64,000 bases of DNA from Sporopachydermia quercuum (lineage: Eukaryota). Numbering within the stretch: position 1 is the first letter of the stretch; each line of letters begins with the position of its first letter. The translations under genes were made by a program, and so were the position numbers. The DNA lies in assembly GCA_001599295.1 (NCBI GenBank), contig BCGN01000007.1, forward strand, positions 570,433 to 634,432, written 5' to 3'. This document shows, in pieces, positions 1 through 10,658 of the stretch. The notes beneath the pieces are model-generated. The model searched no databases, was not told where the DNA came from, and saw only the letters and a program-made list of their open reading frames with translations.

Positions 1-1694
1 TTGTTGATGCTTACTGTAGCAATAGACGAACGAGCTATTGATTCATATATCTGGCTTAAAGCAAATGCTAATGACGATTCCTTGAGAATCAATGCCCATA
101 GCTCATGAATGCTATTATTGTTTTTCCGAGTTTCCTTCTCTTGATCTTCCCGCAGTTTCATGATTTTCCAGGCTTCATTCCATACATAATTTGATTTATG
201 TTGTTCTGCCCGTAATAAAAGACTTAGTCTGGACGCAATATAATGGTACATTTCATCTGTCCTGTATTTATATTCAACTGTTGGAGGATTCATGACAAAT
301 GTCACATTGAACATAGTCATAGGACATTCATTCGATTGGGAGTGTGACTTCTCTCGATGTCTATGCTTATGATGTTTATGTTGTTTATGCTGTTTATTTT
401 GTTTATTCTCTTTGTTTTCCATACGTTCAGATAAATGTAATTCATCAAACAGAATTTCGTCAGGATGAGCTTGAGAACCATTCTCACTACTATTAGGTTT
501 GCCACGATCATCTGTTTGACCTTGTAGCTGTCGTTGGGGATTCCTTTTCTCAGCTTCCTCATCTTCTTTAGAATTNTTTTCCGAGCCAACTCCATACTTC
601 TCTCTATGGCTGTCTCTGTCTAAAGAATGTTTATCTGACAAATGAGACGTATACTTTGGCCGTTTTGCCCTCCATGCACCATTAGGAAGAATATGTATAG
701 GCAATCCCAGGAATGACACATCATCAATGGTAAGCTCAAAGCGTGAATTACACATTCCTCGTCCTGGGGAGATTATTTCCGAGATAAAGTCGCCTGAGAA
801 GCCAAACATTGTGTTTCCTATACCTTTATCATTAATAGAGCTGTGCTTTGTCGGGTGAGCTGAAGAATGGTCGTCCAGGTCGCCAAAAAGAGAAGAAGCT
901 TTAGGGTTAGTGGAGTTGGCGATGATGACTGCTGTATTGGAAGAAGCGCCTGTACTTCCCAGCGCAGTATTCGATGTAGTAGCACTGATATTGGTATTGG
1001 CATTAGTGCTAGCGTTGGCCCCAGTAGCACTGCTAGCGGTATCATTGCCAGTGGCTATACTTGCTCCATTACTACTGTTTACTCCANTTGCTTGATTTTC
1101 TGCTGCAGCTACTGAATTATGATGCGATGTAGTACTGCTAGCTACATTTCCAGTACTATCGGCAGCATCTTGGTTGAAATTATCAAATATATGCTTCAAA
1201 AGCTTCTTCCTTCTTTTCTCTCGTTTTTCACGTCTTCTATCCTGTTTGTCTAGAATGTCCAAAAGCACTTTCCCACTGCTATAACCTCCAATAAATCCTA
1301 TAGCTTTATAGTTATCCATTGAATTTATATTGCTATTGCTGTTATTACTGCTATTCCTATGACTAGAAAATGAGCCATTGCTACTGAAATCAGTCTCATC
1401 TTTATATAAATCATCATATAAGATATCGTCTTCTTCTTCTTTCCTGTATAGAGGATCGTATTCATAATCATCATCATCATATCCATCAGGCTCAGCATCA
1501 GGATCAGCTTCGTCATCATCAGAAGATGATTCTGAGGAATATATTAGATTGGTATCTTCTAAAGAGGTGGGAGTAGCTTGGAATCCATAGGATTTAGGAT
1601 TCGGAGGATAATGGAAAACAAGCTGGGGTCCATTATGGGTGCATACCGTGAATATGATACCCAATAAGCAAGGATTCGGTATGTAGAGGCTCAT
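1..1694 (-). CDS. NPR3: Nitrogen permease regulator 3 (SEACIT/GATOR1 subunit); 5' part, runs off the left edge
   Basis: ATG at 1694 gives MSLYIPNPCLLGIIFTVCTHNGPQLVFHYPP. Later blocks CNSRFELTIDDVSFLGLPIH and MFNVTFVMNPP are typical of Npr3. Absent from the ORF track because there is no stop inside the window. Confidence 0.92.
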   Translation of the reverse strand, partial: MSLYIPNPCLLGIIFTVCTHNGPQLVFHYPPNPKSYGFQATPTSLEDTNLIYSSESSSDDDEADPDAEPDGYDDDDYEYDPLYRKEEEDDILYDDLYKDETDFSSNGSFSSHRNSSNNSNSNINSMDNYKAIGFIGGYSSGKVLLDILDKQDRRREKREKRRKKLLKHIFDNFNQDAADSTGNVASSTTSHHNSVAAAENQAXGVNSSNGASIATGNDTASSATGANASTNANTNISATTSNTALGSTGASSNTAVIIANSTNPKASSLFGDLDDHSSAHPTKHSSINDKGIGNTMFGFSGDFISEIISPGRGMCNSRFELTIDDVSFLGLPIHILPNGAWRAKRPKYTSHLSDKHSLDRDSHREKYGVGSEXNSKEDEEAEKRNPQRQLQGQTDDRGKPNSSENGSQAHPDEILFDELHLSERMENKENKQNKQHKQHKHHKHRHREKSHSQSNECPMTMFNVTFVMNPPTVEYKYRTDEMYHYIASRLSLLLRAEQHKSNYVWNEAWKIMKLREDQEKETRKNNNSIHELWALILKESSLAFALSQIYESIARSSIATVSIN

Positions 1695-2811
1695 ATTTAT
1701 GAGTGTAGCACGTATGCTATTTAGATGCACCGTCGAGTGTATGACGACTGTGATTGATACAATCGGATATAGGAAGGGAGAAGGACTGATGGAGTAGCCA
1801 CTAAATATGCTGGCCTGTTGGGAAATAATGATCAATTTTGATAGGTTGATAGGAGTAAGCGGAAAGGAATAAGGCTTGTTGATGGAAGATTGAAACGAGA
1901 ATTTGGTAGGGAAATAAAGGATTCTGTGTTGATAATTGTAGCAGAGTAGAACAAAAATGAAAAACTAGAAGTTTGGGGAGACAAACTGAGTTCAAAAATT
2001 GAGTTGTAGGTTTAAGGTGTTGCAGGAGACATGCAGCAATGGTGCACTAATTTAGATTGCGTGCATTTCGATTAAAAGATAATGCAGAGGAGGGAAGTAA
2101 TATGAGAAAGAAAGTTGGATGAGTGAGCAGAAAATATAAGATTTAAGGCTTAAAAAGAGCAATTTTTATCTCACCACAATTGATCAGTCATATCGCGGTT
2201 AATTNTTTATAGTTAAAAGCATGAACAAAAGAATAGCAACCTACAAAATTGAGTGTTATTTAAGTTTGAGAACCCTTTTTAAAGTTTCAACGTCAATTTC
2301 TACGAAGATACACATTATTTTCGTGCCGTTAATTTTGGTGCATTTTGACTCCAATTATATATCTAATGATTTTTGCTAAAATACTTCTTAATGCTTTAAT
2401 TCTGCTAAGGCATTTTAGTCATTTTCAGAACTACCTATTAATGTTCTTCCAATGATCTAATCCCGCATCGGAACTAAACAACAGGCAGATAAAGTTCTTT
2501 ACTTTAGCTTTGCAAGNTTCCAACTTTATTTTGCTATAAAGTTTAACCTTATCAGCGTCAAATATCACTTCGTACTTATCATCCCTTAATATCTACTATA
2601 TCAACATACCTACTATTAAAATAACCAACATAAATATAGAAATACCTGGTTTCAGCGTATTTATTTCATTATTTACCGTATAAACATGCAGGCTATCTCA
2701 GCTGGTTCCAGTCATCTTATACATTCTCCTATGTCCTCGTAGTTACTGTCCCTTCATTTGCCCAACCGAAACTTTCATTCCAATAAATCATTATACCAAG
2801 CAATCCATTCC

Positions 2812-5199
2812 TTATTTATACACATTCAAATCCAAAGCAGATTCTGAACCAAAGCTCCTCTTTCTTGAATATCCACGATCATTTTCTTCCTCTTCTGCAA
2901 CAGATTTCAACGATACCAATCCTCCAATACAATCATCACTCATTGAATCTTCTCTGTTGAGTCGTATAGTAGGAACACTACCGGTTGGTGGTGGTGGTGG
3001 TGGTGGCTTCTTACGACGGACAGTGGTATCAGAATTATTGACTGATGCTCTCATTGTAGAATCTATGCTTTCATAAGTACTGTAGGGTGGCTTGGAACTA
3101 CTTCTTGGGGGTGGTGGTGGTGGTAATGGAGAAGCTGAAGCGGTTGATTCATCGGAGCTTCTTCTTGATGGTAGTGAAGGTGTATAATTACCTATTCCAT
3201 TTGAAGCATGGACACCTTTCTCAAACCTTGTTTCAACTGAAGAATAGGATATATGTCTAGGGATCGGTCTTCTAGAAGGAGGAGTGGGTGGTTGTCTACT
3301 ATTAGACCTTGAGCCAGGAGCACTCAATGAATTAGAAATACCAGAAGTATTCCCCGCGTTGCCACTACCGCCAGAGCCTGAGGCTGAGCCGGATAGTTCG
3401 CTTTTCAGAGGTGTGGGAATTGAAAGAGTTCTATTGATTCTTCTTCTTGGCACAGGAGGCCTAGGGATAAACCGCGATAGACCAGCTTTACATGAAGCAG
3501 AAGTAACTGGTGATACAGGTAATGAACTATAATCCTTGCTCGAGCCTTGATAATATCCTTGTTGTTGGTTCTGTTGTAATCCTTGAGCAATATCGAGACT
3601 AGTGCTTTTATAGAACTCGCTGGACTCTAACGATGTAGTTGATACTTCTTTCTTGAGTATTCCACCATCTTCCATCAATGACGCAGAAGAAGACGATATT
3701 GATGATGTTTCAGAGAAAGAATCGTTGGTTATTGAATGAGAAAGTGACATAAAATTAATACTTGTTGTTACTTCATCTATTTCGTTCATGCTTTCATTCT
3801 CGTTCACGCTTTCCGCTGAACTGTCGTTCTCAGTTTCATTGTCATTTTCAGCATCAGTCGTTTTAACAACAGCAAGCCAAGGAATCAGTAAACATTTTGC
3901 AGTTAATTTCTTCGTGACTGAGGATGCAGTTGATGAGCTTTCAAGCAATTCCAATAGCTTTCTCAACTGCTTCACTTTATAATGGTTGTTCTTCAACTGA
4001 GTGTTCAATAGTAATGGATATAGGGCATGAAGAAACGTTTCTCTTACATTTTCATCAGAAACATCATATAGCGTTCGAATGAATACATCAACTAGCACCT
4101 TCAAATCGTTCAAGTAGAAAAATTCATAAGTATCCGGCTCAGTGAACATAAGATACAATAGCTTCAAGGTTAATATCTCAACGCAGTGATCATCTTCTCT
4201 ATTGAGAAACAATATCAGCTTTTCACCAAATATTCTGTAATGTTTTCCTTGATATTTCAAGCACTTCATGATCAGGTTAACCAACACAGGTTTCTTTTCC
4301 CGTTTCCTTTGATGTTTCGATATCATGTATTGTTCATTCAATACTAGTAGCAGTTTGATGATAGTATAGCAATGCCCATCGTTCGAAGAGTTTATAGCAA
4401 TAAGTTGAAATAGAGAAGCAATAAATTTGAATTCAATGAACTCGATTTCTTCTTCATCTAATTTTTGAATAAGGCAAACTTGATAAAGGATTTGGAAAAG
4501 AATTTGGTGAATTTTCTGTAGCTTTTTCAAATGTCCAGATGAGCGTAATACCAGAGAGTTTGTCTGGGGAGGAGCATCAGGGGACTTCTGAGTGGGTTTG
4601 CTGGGGGCCTTTTTTGTGCTAGGGTGGGAATCCCCTGTACCAGAGCTTTCAATTTCTGTGCCAGATTTCCTCATGTTCCTCATTCCCAGTATCTTTTTAA
4701 TATTAAACCAATCATCAATCCAGAGAACAGTGAGGATGGTATAAAAACACTTGTACTCATGCATTATCACTAATGTATCAGGATTCAACTTGCTAATTAA
4801 AAACAGCATCATCACCAACAAAAGTTTGATATCTAGATCAACNAACATATCAACTTGAGTGTTCTTTAGCAAATTGAACATACGTCTTATACAGAAGACT
4901 TCGTATCGTTTGAAGCCTTTTGATAGAACAAAATAATAACCACATTTAACTAAATCATCGTCATTTTCAATATATTTGTCTTTATATTTCTGAATGAATT
5001 TGATAAATGAGAGTATTATATGATTCATTTGAACTGTATTAAAATCATCACCAAACTCCTCAGGAGCTGATAGGATTGATTGAATTTCTAACCAAAACTC
5101 ATCACTTGATTTACATTCAATATTAACGAAATTGAACTCATCAGCATTATCAGTGGTGATTATCGGTGGTGGCGTTTTAGTAGTTGACACGTCAAACAT
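2812..5199 (-). CDS. LDB17: Ldb17/Dip1/SPIN90-family Arp2/3 activator with proline-rich C-terminus
   Basis: FGEKLILFLNRE and FYLNDLKVLVDVFIR motifs, polyproline tracts; near RPN5/NOP14 as in S. cerevisiae. Confidence 0.85.
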   Translation of the reverse strand: MFDVSTTKTPPPIITTDNADEFNFVNIECKSSDEFWLEIQSILSAPEEFGDDFNTVQMNHIILSFIKFIQKYKDKYIENDDDLVKCGYYFVLSKGFKRYEVFCIRRMFNLLKNTQVDMXVDLDIKLLLVMMLFLISKLNPDTLVIMHEYKCFYTILTVLWIDDWFNIKKILGMRNMRKSGTEIESSGTGDSHPSTKKAPSKPTQKSPDAPPQTNSLVLRSSGHLKKLQKIHQILFQILYQVCLIQKLDEEEIEFIEFKFIASLFQLIAINSSNDGHCYTIIKLLLVLNEQYMISKHQRKREKKPVLVNLIMKCLKYQGKHYRIFGEKLILFLNREDDHCVEILTLKLLYLMFTEPDTYEFFYLNDLKVLVDVFIRTLYDVSDENVRETFLHALYPLLLNTQLKNNHYKVKQLRKLLELLESSSTASSVTKKLTAKCLLIPWLAVVKTTDAENDNETENDSSAESVNENESMNEIDEVTTSINFMSLSHSITNDSFSETSSISSSSASLMEDGGILKKEVSTTSLESSEFYKSTSLDIAQGLQQNQQQGYYQGSSKDYSSLPVSPVTSASCKAGLSRFIPRPPVPRRRINRTLSIPTPLKSELSGSASGSGGSGNAGNTSGISNSLSAPGSRSNSRQPPTPPSRRPIPRHISYSSVETRFEKGVHASNGIGNYTPSLPSRRSSDESTASASPLPPPPPPRSSSKPPYSTYESIDSTMRASVNNSDTTVRRKKPPPPPPPTGSVPTIRLNREDSMSDDCIGGLVSLKSVAEEEENDRGYSRKRSFGSESALDLNVYK

Positions 5200-6967
5200 T
5201 TCATATTAAATTTACAACAAGATAGGTAGATAGGTATTAATGGACCAATAATCTGGCGGTTGATTGGAGTAATTGGTGAATTCGATAGAAGTTAGTTACC
5301 TGATAGTATTAATACATTAGTCGATGTTCACTGGATTCCTCCCTGATTGTAAAATTCAAAGCAGATGGAATTAAATAGCTGAATTCCACTTATATTGATC
5401 TTCAGAGTAGCTGAAATGTTGAAGCTTATTCTACTGTTACTATTCTATCTCGTTGTGTTCTCTTTGTGATTGTTTACCCTTCTCATCTTTCAGTAAACCA
5501 ACTATCGAATAGTACACTCGATACTGTTTTCCTTTCTGTTTGAACCTTCCAGAGTCTTGTCAAGGTCTTCCCTCAATCTCAACTAATCAAACGAATCGTG
5601 TNGGTTCTCTTTTATCCAATAACTGTGTCCCAGAATCTCTTTGATTAATTGGAGTACATGAAGAGCATAGGCATCACGTCAACTCCTGAACAACTAGCGA
5701 TGGGTAATATCTAGTGACTCAAAAGTAAACTATTATGAAAGGAACAAAAGGCTAGAACTACCTATATCTTACAGATTCATACTATTTTTCGGCTTATTTT
5801 CTTATGCTTGTTCCAAGCTTTTTATTCACAAAAAACTACCTAATAGAAATAATAGCTGTGTTTCATCTATTATCATCATCATCATCACGACAATACAATA
5901 CATCACAACCTGGCTGGATTGGAGATCAATAAGAGAAAAAGGAAATTTTGAGTGAAAAGAGGAAGACATCCCAAAAGTGGAAGTTAGATCCTAGAATAGG
6001 ATTAAACTAGAAGTAGAATTTGAACTTAGCATTAGAGCTAATGTAAAACTATGCATGTGAAGGAATTAGTGGTTAAGTATGAATAGGAAGAAAGAAGGAT
6101 AGAAGGAAGTTAGTCCTAGATAAGATGAATATGTAAGAACAGGTAAGGAATGTAATTGTTTTATTTTTTCTCTGAACTAGTGATATTTAAAAACATGCTG
6201 TAAAAGTTTGTGCAGGTTGTTATACATGCAATGCTGGAGATATAAAGGCTTTAAGTGATGGCTGAAATGATTAGAGTTGGTATATGCATTAGCTCTCAGC
6301 TAATGCATAGACGCACAGGAAGGTATTTAATTAAGGTCATTGAACACAGTATATGGTGTTAACCATTTGCTAGCTAACTTCCCTTAATACACTTTTCTAT
6401 ACTTATTTTTANATACTANGCAAACCGTCAGACAATAACAAAAGACTGACCACAATACTTGACTACCAGTTTCCTATTATTTTAAATCATACCCCTCGTC
6501 CCACATTTACAGACCAACAGGTTGCTCAAATTATTTTTCTGTCTTGTGGTANCGTATCCTGCAAGTAAAATGCGCTCCACTCACACGTTAACCTTAATTA
6601 TAAATCTAATATTTGTACTAGACTCATCCGTTCACATTTATTCCCTTTCTACTATCATATCCTCGACTAATACTTCTTTTATCACCAACTAATCCTTTGA
6701 TGAAGCGTTATGATACTGTTTCTTATTTCATATGAAAAAACAGATTTATATACCATTTGATGATATTTCAATCAACCTAAGTGCATCTACTATTCACTAA
6801 CAATCGGCGCCAAAATTCTCTGTGTACATATATATATTCAGCTTTTTTCTTTTGAACTATCTGTCTGTCTTATCTAAATGATCAGCTGCTATTCATCTTG
6901 ATAGCAGTTGACATGACTTGATGTCTCAGAACATCCTAATATCATCTTACCTCATAAATTGCAACTA

Positions 6968-7852
6968 ATGGATGAGTCAACATTGTTGAAAGTATACGAT
7001 TATTCGACTCTGGGTCAGAAACATCTACTAGCAAACGAGATTTCTGCGGCTATAGAGGCAAACCAGAAAGCTGCTGAATACGCTAAACAAGCTTATGAAG
7101 AGTATAGGAGAAATAATGATAGCGACAGTGGCAATAGTAGTATAAATAATGTGTACTACGAGGAGGGTCCTAGCAGTAAAAACTCCACAGTACAAAATAC
7201 TGGAAACGAAGGTACTTCTGGAAAACAGCAAAATGAGAAAGAACCTATAAATCCATCAAACAATTCACTAGGTAGAAGTGTTGGACTCACCGTTGATGAT
7301 GATCCGGTGGGTAATAGTATCAAAATGCTTTATGATCAACATATCACGAAAATCAAGGATTTGAAGTTACTATTTACACTCAAGCAAGAAAGTAAACATG
7401 CATCTCACCAAGAAAAAGAGTCTTCTGGAAATAGTGTAAGAAATAGCAATGACACTCAATTTGAGGGTGATAATAATAATAATAATAGAGAGAGCACTCC
7501 AACAGTATCAGCAGCAACACCAACAACAACAATGAGTAATACAAAAGGAGCTGGGGCATCAAAGCTACCAGTTAGTCAAAATGATACATCATCTGAGTCT
7601 CATTCTGACGTGTTTGATCCTGACAGTATAAGTGAACTATTCGAATCTTTTTACAATGATGTAGTTTCTTTGACTAGCAGTTTGCCTTTAATTACAACGG
7701 GTATTATAAACAGAAAGAATACAACCCATCAAGAAGCAATAGGTTTATTAGCTTTGGTTCAGAAGTTCCAGGTGTCATTTCCTGGTAAGTTTAACGAACG
7801 ATTTAATGAGTTCAAACAAGATATAATGAAGTTGAGCAAAACAGGAACTTGA
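6968..7852 (+). CDS. ATG38: Probable Atg38/NRBF2-like MIT-domain protein
   Basis: N-terminal STLLKVY...AIEANQKAAE and VGNSIKMLYDQHITKIKDLKLL resemble the Atg38 MIT helices. ATG38 lies in the same ancestral block as CDC123/CPR6 and RPN5/NOP14. First ATG at 6968. Confidence 0.55.
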   Translation: MDESTLLKVYDYSTLGQKHLLANEISAAIEANQKAAEYAKQAYEEYRRNNDSDSGNSSINNVYYEEGPSSKNSTVQNTGNEGTSGKQQNEKEPINPSNNSLGRSVGLTVDDDPVGNSIKMLYDQHITKIKDLKLLFTLKQESKHASHQEKESSGNSVRNSNDTQFEGDNNNNNRESTPTVSAATPTTTMSNTKGAGASKLPVSQNDTSSESHSDVFDPDSISELFESFYNDVVSLTSSLPLITTGIINRKNTTHQEAIGLLALVQKFQVSFPGKFNERFNEFKQDIMKLSKTGT

Positions 7853-8482
7853 ATGGGAATTGGAATGCGAATGGGAATTAAACATGATTTGTGTACGATA
7901 AATATGATTATTGATTATAGTTGATGGAAGCGTTCATATAGGTATCGATGGTTTGATCTGCATTGGTTTGAAATGAATGTTGATAGTAAACGGTTGGATG
8001 GGCATAGTAAATGATGAATACGACAGCTCATATTGTGCTAATGATACTTGTGATGAGAGGAAATTCCAGTTGATGATTATAAGTTGAATTGTTGTTTATT
8101 TATAGGAGTACTTAAGAACAAAATTGTAATTATGAATCAACAGTTTGTTATTGTCAAGTTCAGGAAGAATAGTGTATCTTATTCCATTCTCACTCTTGAC
8201 ATATTGTAACTAGATTGTCCTGACATTAGCAGTACGAGTTTTCGTACATCCAAAGATGGAACTATTGCTCAACGTATCATATATATATACATATACATAT
8301 CATACCTAGTTCGTGATCACTTACATCTAAAATCATTCCTACGTTAAACTCTTATAATAATTTTCAAATTCAGCATCTATTGAAACTCCCTAAGTGTACA
8401 ACAACATATACTTGAGTATTCTTATTAAGAGGTACCTCTTCAAGTATTCGATGCCTTCCTGTAGCCATAAGAAAACTATTAA

Positions 8483-9832
8483 TCATGAAACCAATGGCTT
8501 GATGCCGTTCATCATTTGCTCCTTAGTGATAAGATGTCCAATAGTTTCAACATGCTCTAATAATTCACTGATATTATGACTCCATTCATTCAACACATCA
8601 TTTGATTCTGCAGGCTTGGAGAAGCTGATTATTCCCTTCGGTCGATTGATTCTAGCATAAATAGTGCCATTGATAACCAAATCACTAATAAATTTCTCTG
8701 TCTCCTTTTCGGTCAAATCTAGTAAATGGTTCAATCTAGAAAAAGTTATTCGAGAGTAATAGTTTGAAATAGTTCTAATATTATGTTCAATGACTCTATT
8801 TCTCAAATCATTCCATCTAGCAACACCCTCTTTAGTCTCTGGGCTGAAGACTGAAGATGATTTCAATAATTCTCCGTAGTAACCCTCCATATTTGGCCAG
8901 TTCATCAACTCTGTTGCAATGAATGATTTGATCAATTGATTATGAATCACCAAATCAGAATTAGTTAATTTATTATCTCTAGATATTTTCTCAATCAAAT
9001 CCGATTGCAAGTTATCAAAGGGTGACAAAACAATGAAATGGACAATGTTCTTTAGCACTTCTTTCCACTTTATTTCGTCGTTTTGAATTAATTCAGTATC
9101 ATATATATGTTGATAGTATTGAACAATGTCCAAATATTTTCCATCGTTTAAACCAATCAAGACCAGCAATTCATAAAATTTCAGCTTCAACTCTTGATAT
9201 TTATTTCCATTGAAAGTTTTTGGTAAAATCTTCTTTGATAAAATGAACGCTTGATTGAAATCACCCTTCTTAATACATAATTCCATCTGTTCTAATATAA
9301 ATTCAATTTTTTCTTCTAAATCCATACTTCCAAATGTTTCAACTTGTAATTCACACATTATTTCTGTTGCTTCATCAATTTTGCCTTCATCTTGTCTAAT
9401 ATGAGCTAATATTCTACTAACTCTTGCTCTTTCGACTTCTACAAACATTTTAGCTTCAGTAACAGTACGAATAGTTTCAATCACTTCAACTTTCACTTCT
9501 TTACTTGGTGTTTTATCTAATTGATCGATAACTTCTTTAACCATTGTTTGCACAGCGAGTTTCATTTGACCATGTTTCTTTGACAGGTTGATTAGATTCT
9601 CGGATAAAAGCTTCCATTTACCATTGGCAATTAACACATCAACGATCTTGGTTAGGACTCTTTTAGAAGATGCTAAATCTGATGATTGACGAGTTTGTTT
9701 TTCCAGTTGTAATAGCAAATCCATTGCTGGGTTGAAATCATTACTTTCTAAAGTCTTATCGATTTCTGGTAGTTTCTGATCAAGGATCTCTTGATAGTCC
9801 TTCTCCGGTTTTAAAGGTGCTTCTCTTGACAT
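8483..9832 (-). CDS. RPN5: 26S proteasome lid subunit Rpn5 (PCI domain)
   Basis: LEKQTRQSSDL, FVEVERARV, ELQVETFGSM, RVIEHNIR, YARINRP. Confidence 0.97.
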   Translation of the reverse strand: MSREAPLKPEKDYQEILDQKLPEIDKTLESNDFNPAMDLLLQLEKQTRQSSDLASSKRVLTKIVDVLIANGKWKLLSENLINLSKKHGQMKLAVQTMVKEVIDQLDKTPSKEVKVEVIETIRTVTEAKMFVEVERARVSRILAHIRQDEGKIDEATEIMCELQVETFGSMDLEEKIEFILEQMELCIKKGDFNQAFILSKKILPKTFNGNKYQELKLKFYELLVLIGLNDGKYLDIVQYYQHIYDTELIQNDEIKWKEVLKNIVHFIVLSPFDNLQSDLIEKISRDNKLTNSDLVIHNQLIKSFIATELMNWPNMEGYYGELLKSSSVFSPETKEGVARWNDLRNRVIEHNIRTISNYYSRITFSRLNHLLDLTEKETEKFISDLVINGTIYARINRPKGIISFSKPAESNDVLNEWSHNISELLEHVETIGHLITKEQMMNGIKPLVS

Positions 9833-10658
9833 TGTGCATAAGATGTGGTTATGTTTTCAGAATGATTTGAATCCAAGAATTCGTTGAACAATATAATCAG
9901 AAAGTAAAATTTTTCTAACTATTGCAAAAATAGTACACTGCAAGTATTTATGATATGACACCAGCCGATTGTTAATGAATTGTAAACCGCCAAACAGCTA
10001 TCCCATTAATTACCATATACCAGTCAATAGAACAACTATTAAATAAACTATCAGCTTGAAGAGTAATTCCACACTTTTACTTTTAGCACGGTAATCTATC
10101 TGCTGAAACAACCAATTTATATTGTTATAATTATTTATTTTTCTAAACTTATCTAATACATCCAATTGATTACATCAATGTGGCAAATGGCTATCGAGAG
10201 CGGGTCTATGTTGGGGAGCCAACTTTGTGTTATTTGTTCATTATTCCTAAGTACAAAAAACCACAATCCACAGACACAGAAGGAGACTCGCTGTTAATCC
10301 TAGTCTCTAGAATATTACCCACTAAGTTTGAAATGATATATATATGATCGTTCTAGCATAACAAGATACTTGCATATTTAATCCATATTAGGTTGCTTCT
10401 TTCCCAATATATGTATCTTTGATCAAAGTAGTAACTCTTGCTAGTTCGAGCTAACTACTTGAAAAAAATTCTTTTGTATGGGGATTTTTCAATATGCCTC
10501 TTCACTGGTTTCCTTACTTATTAACTATTCATCATCAGCGGAACAAATTTTCATCTAAATGTGTATCTATGTCGTCATTTTACTCTTCATTAGCCTAAAT
10601 CCAATTAAATTGAATTCCAACAACGATTGAGTATAAAGTACTCGAATTCAACTGCACA

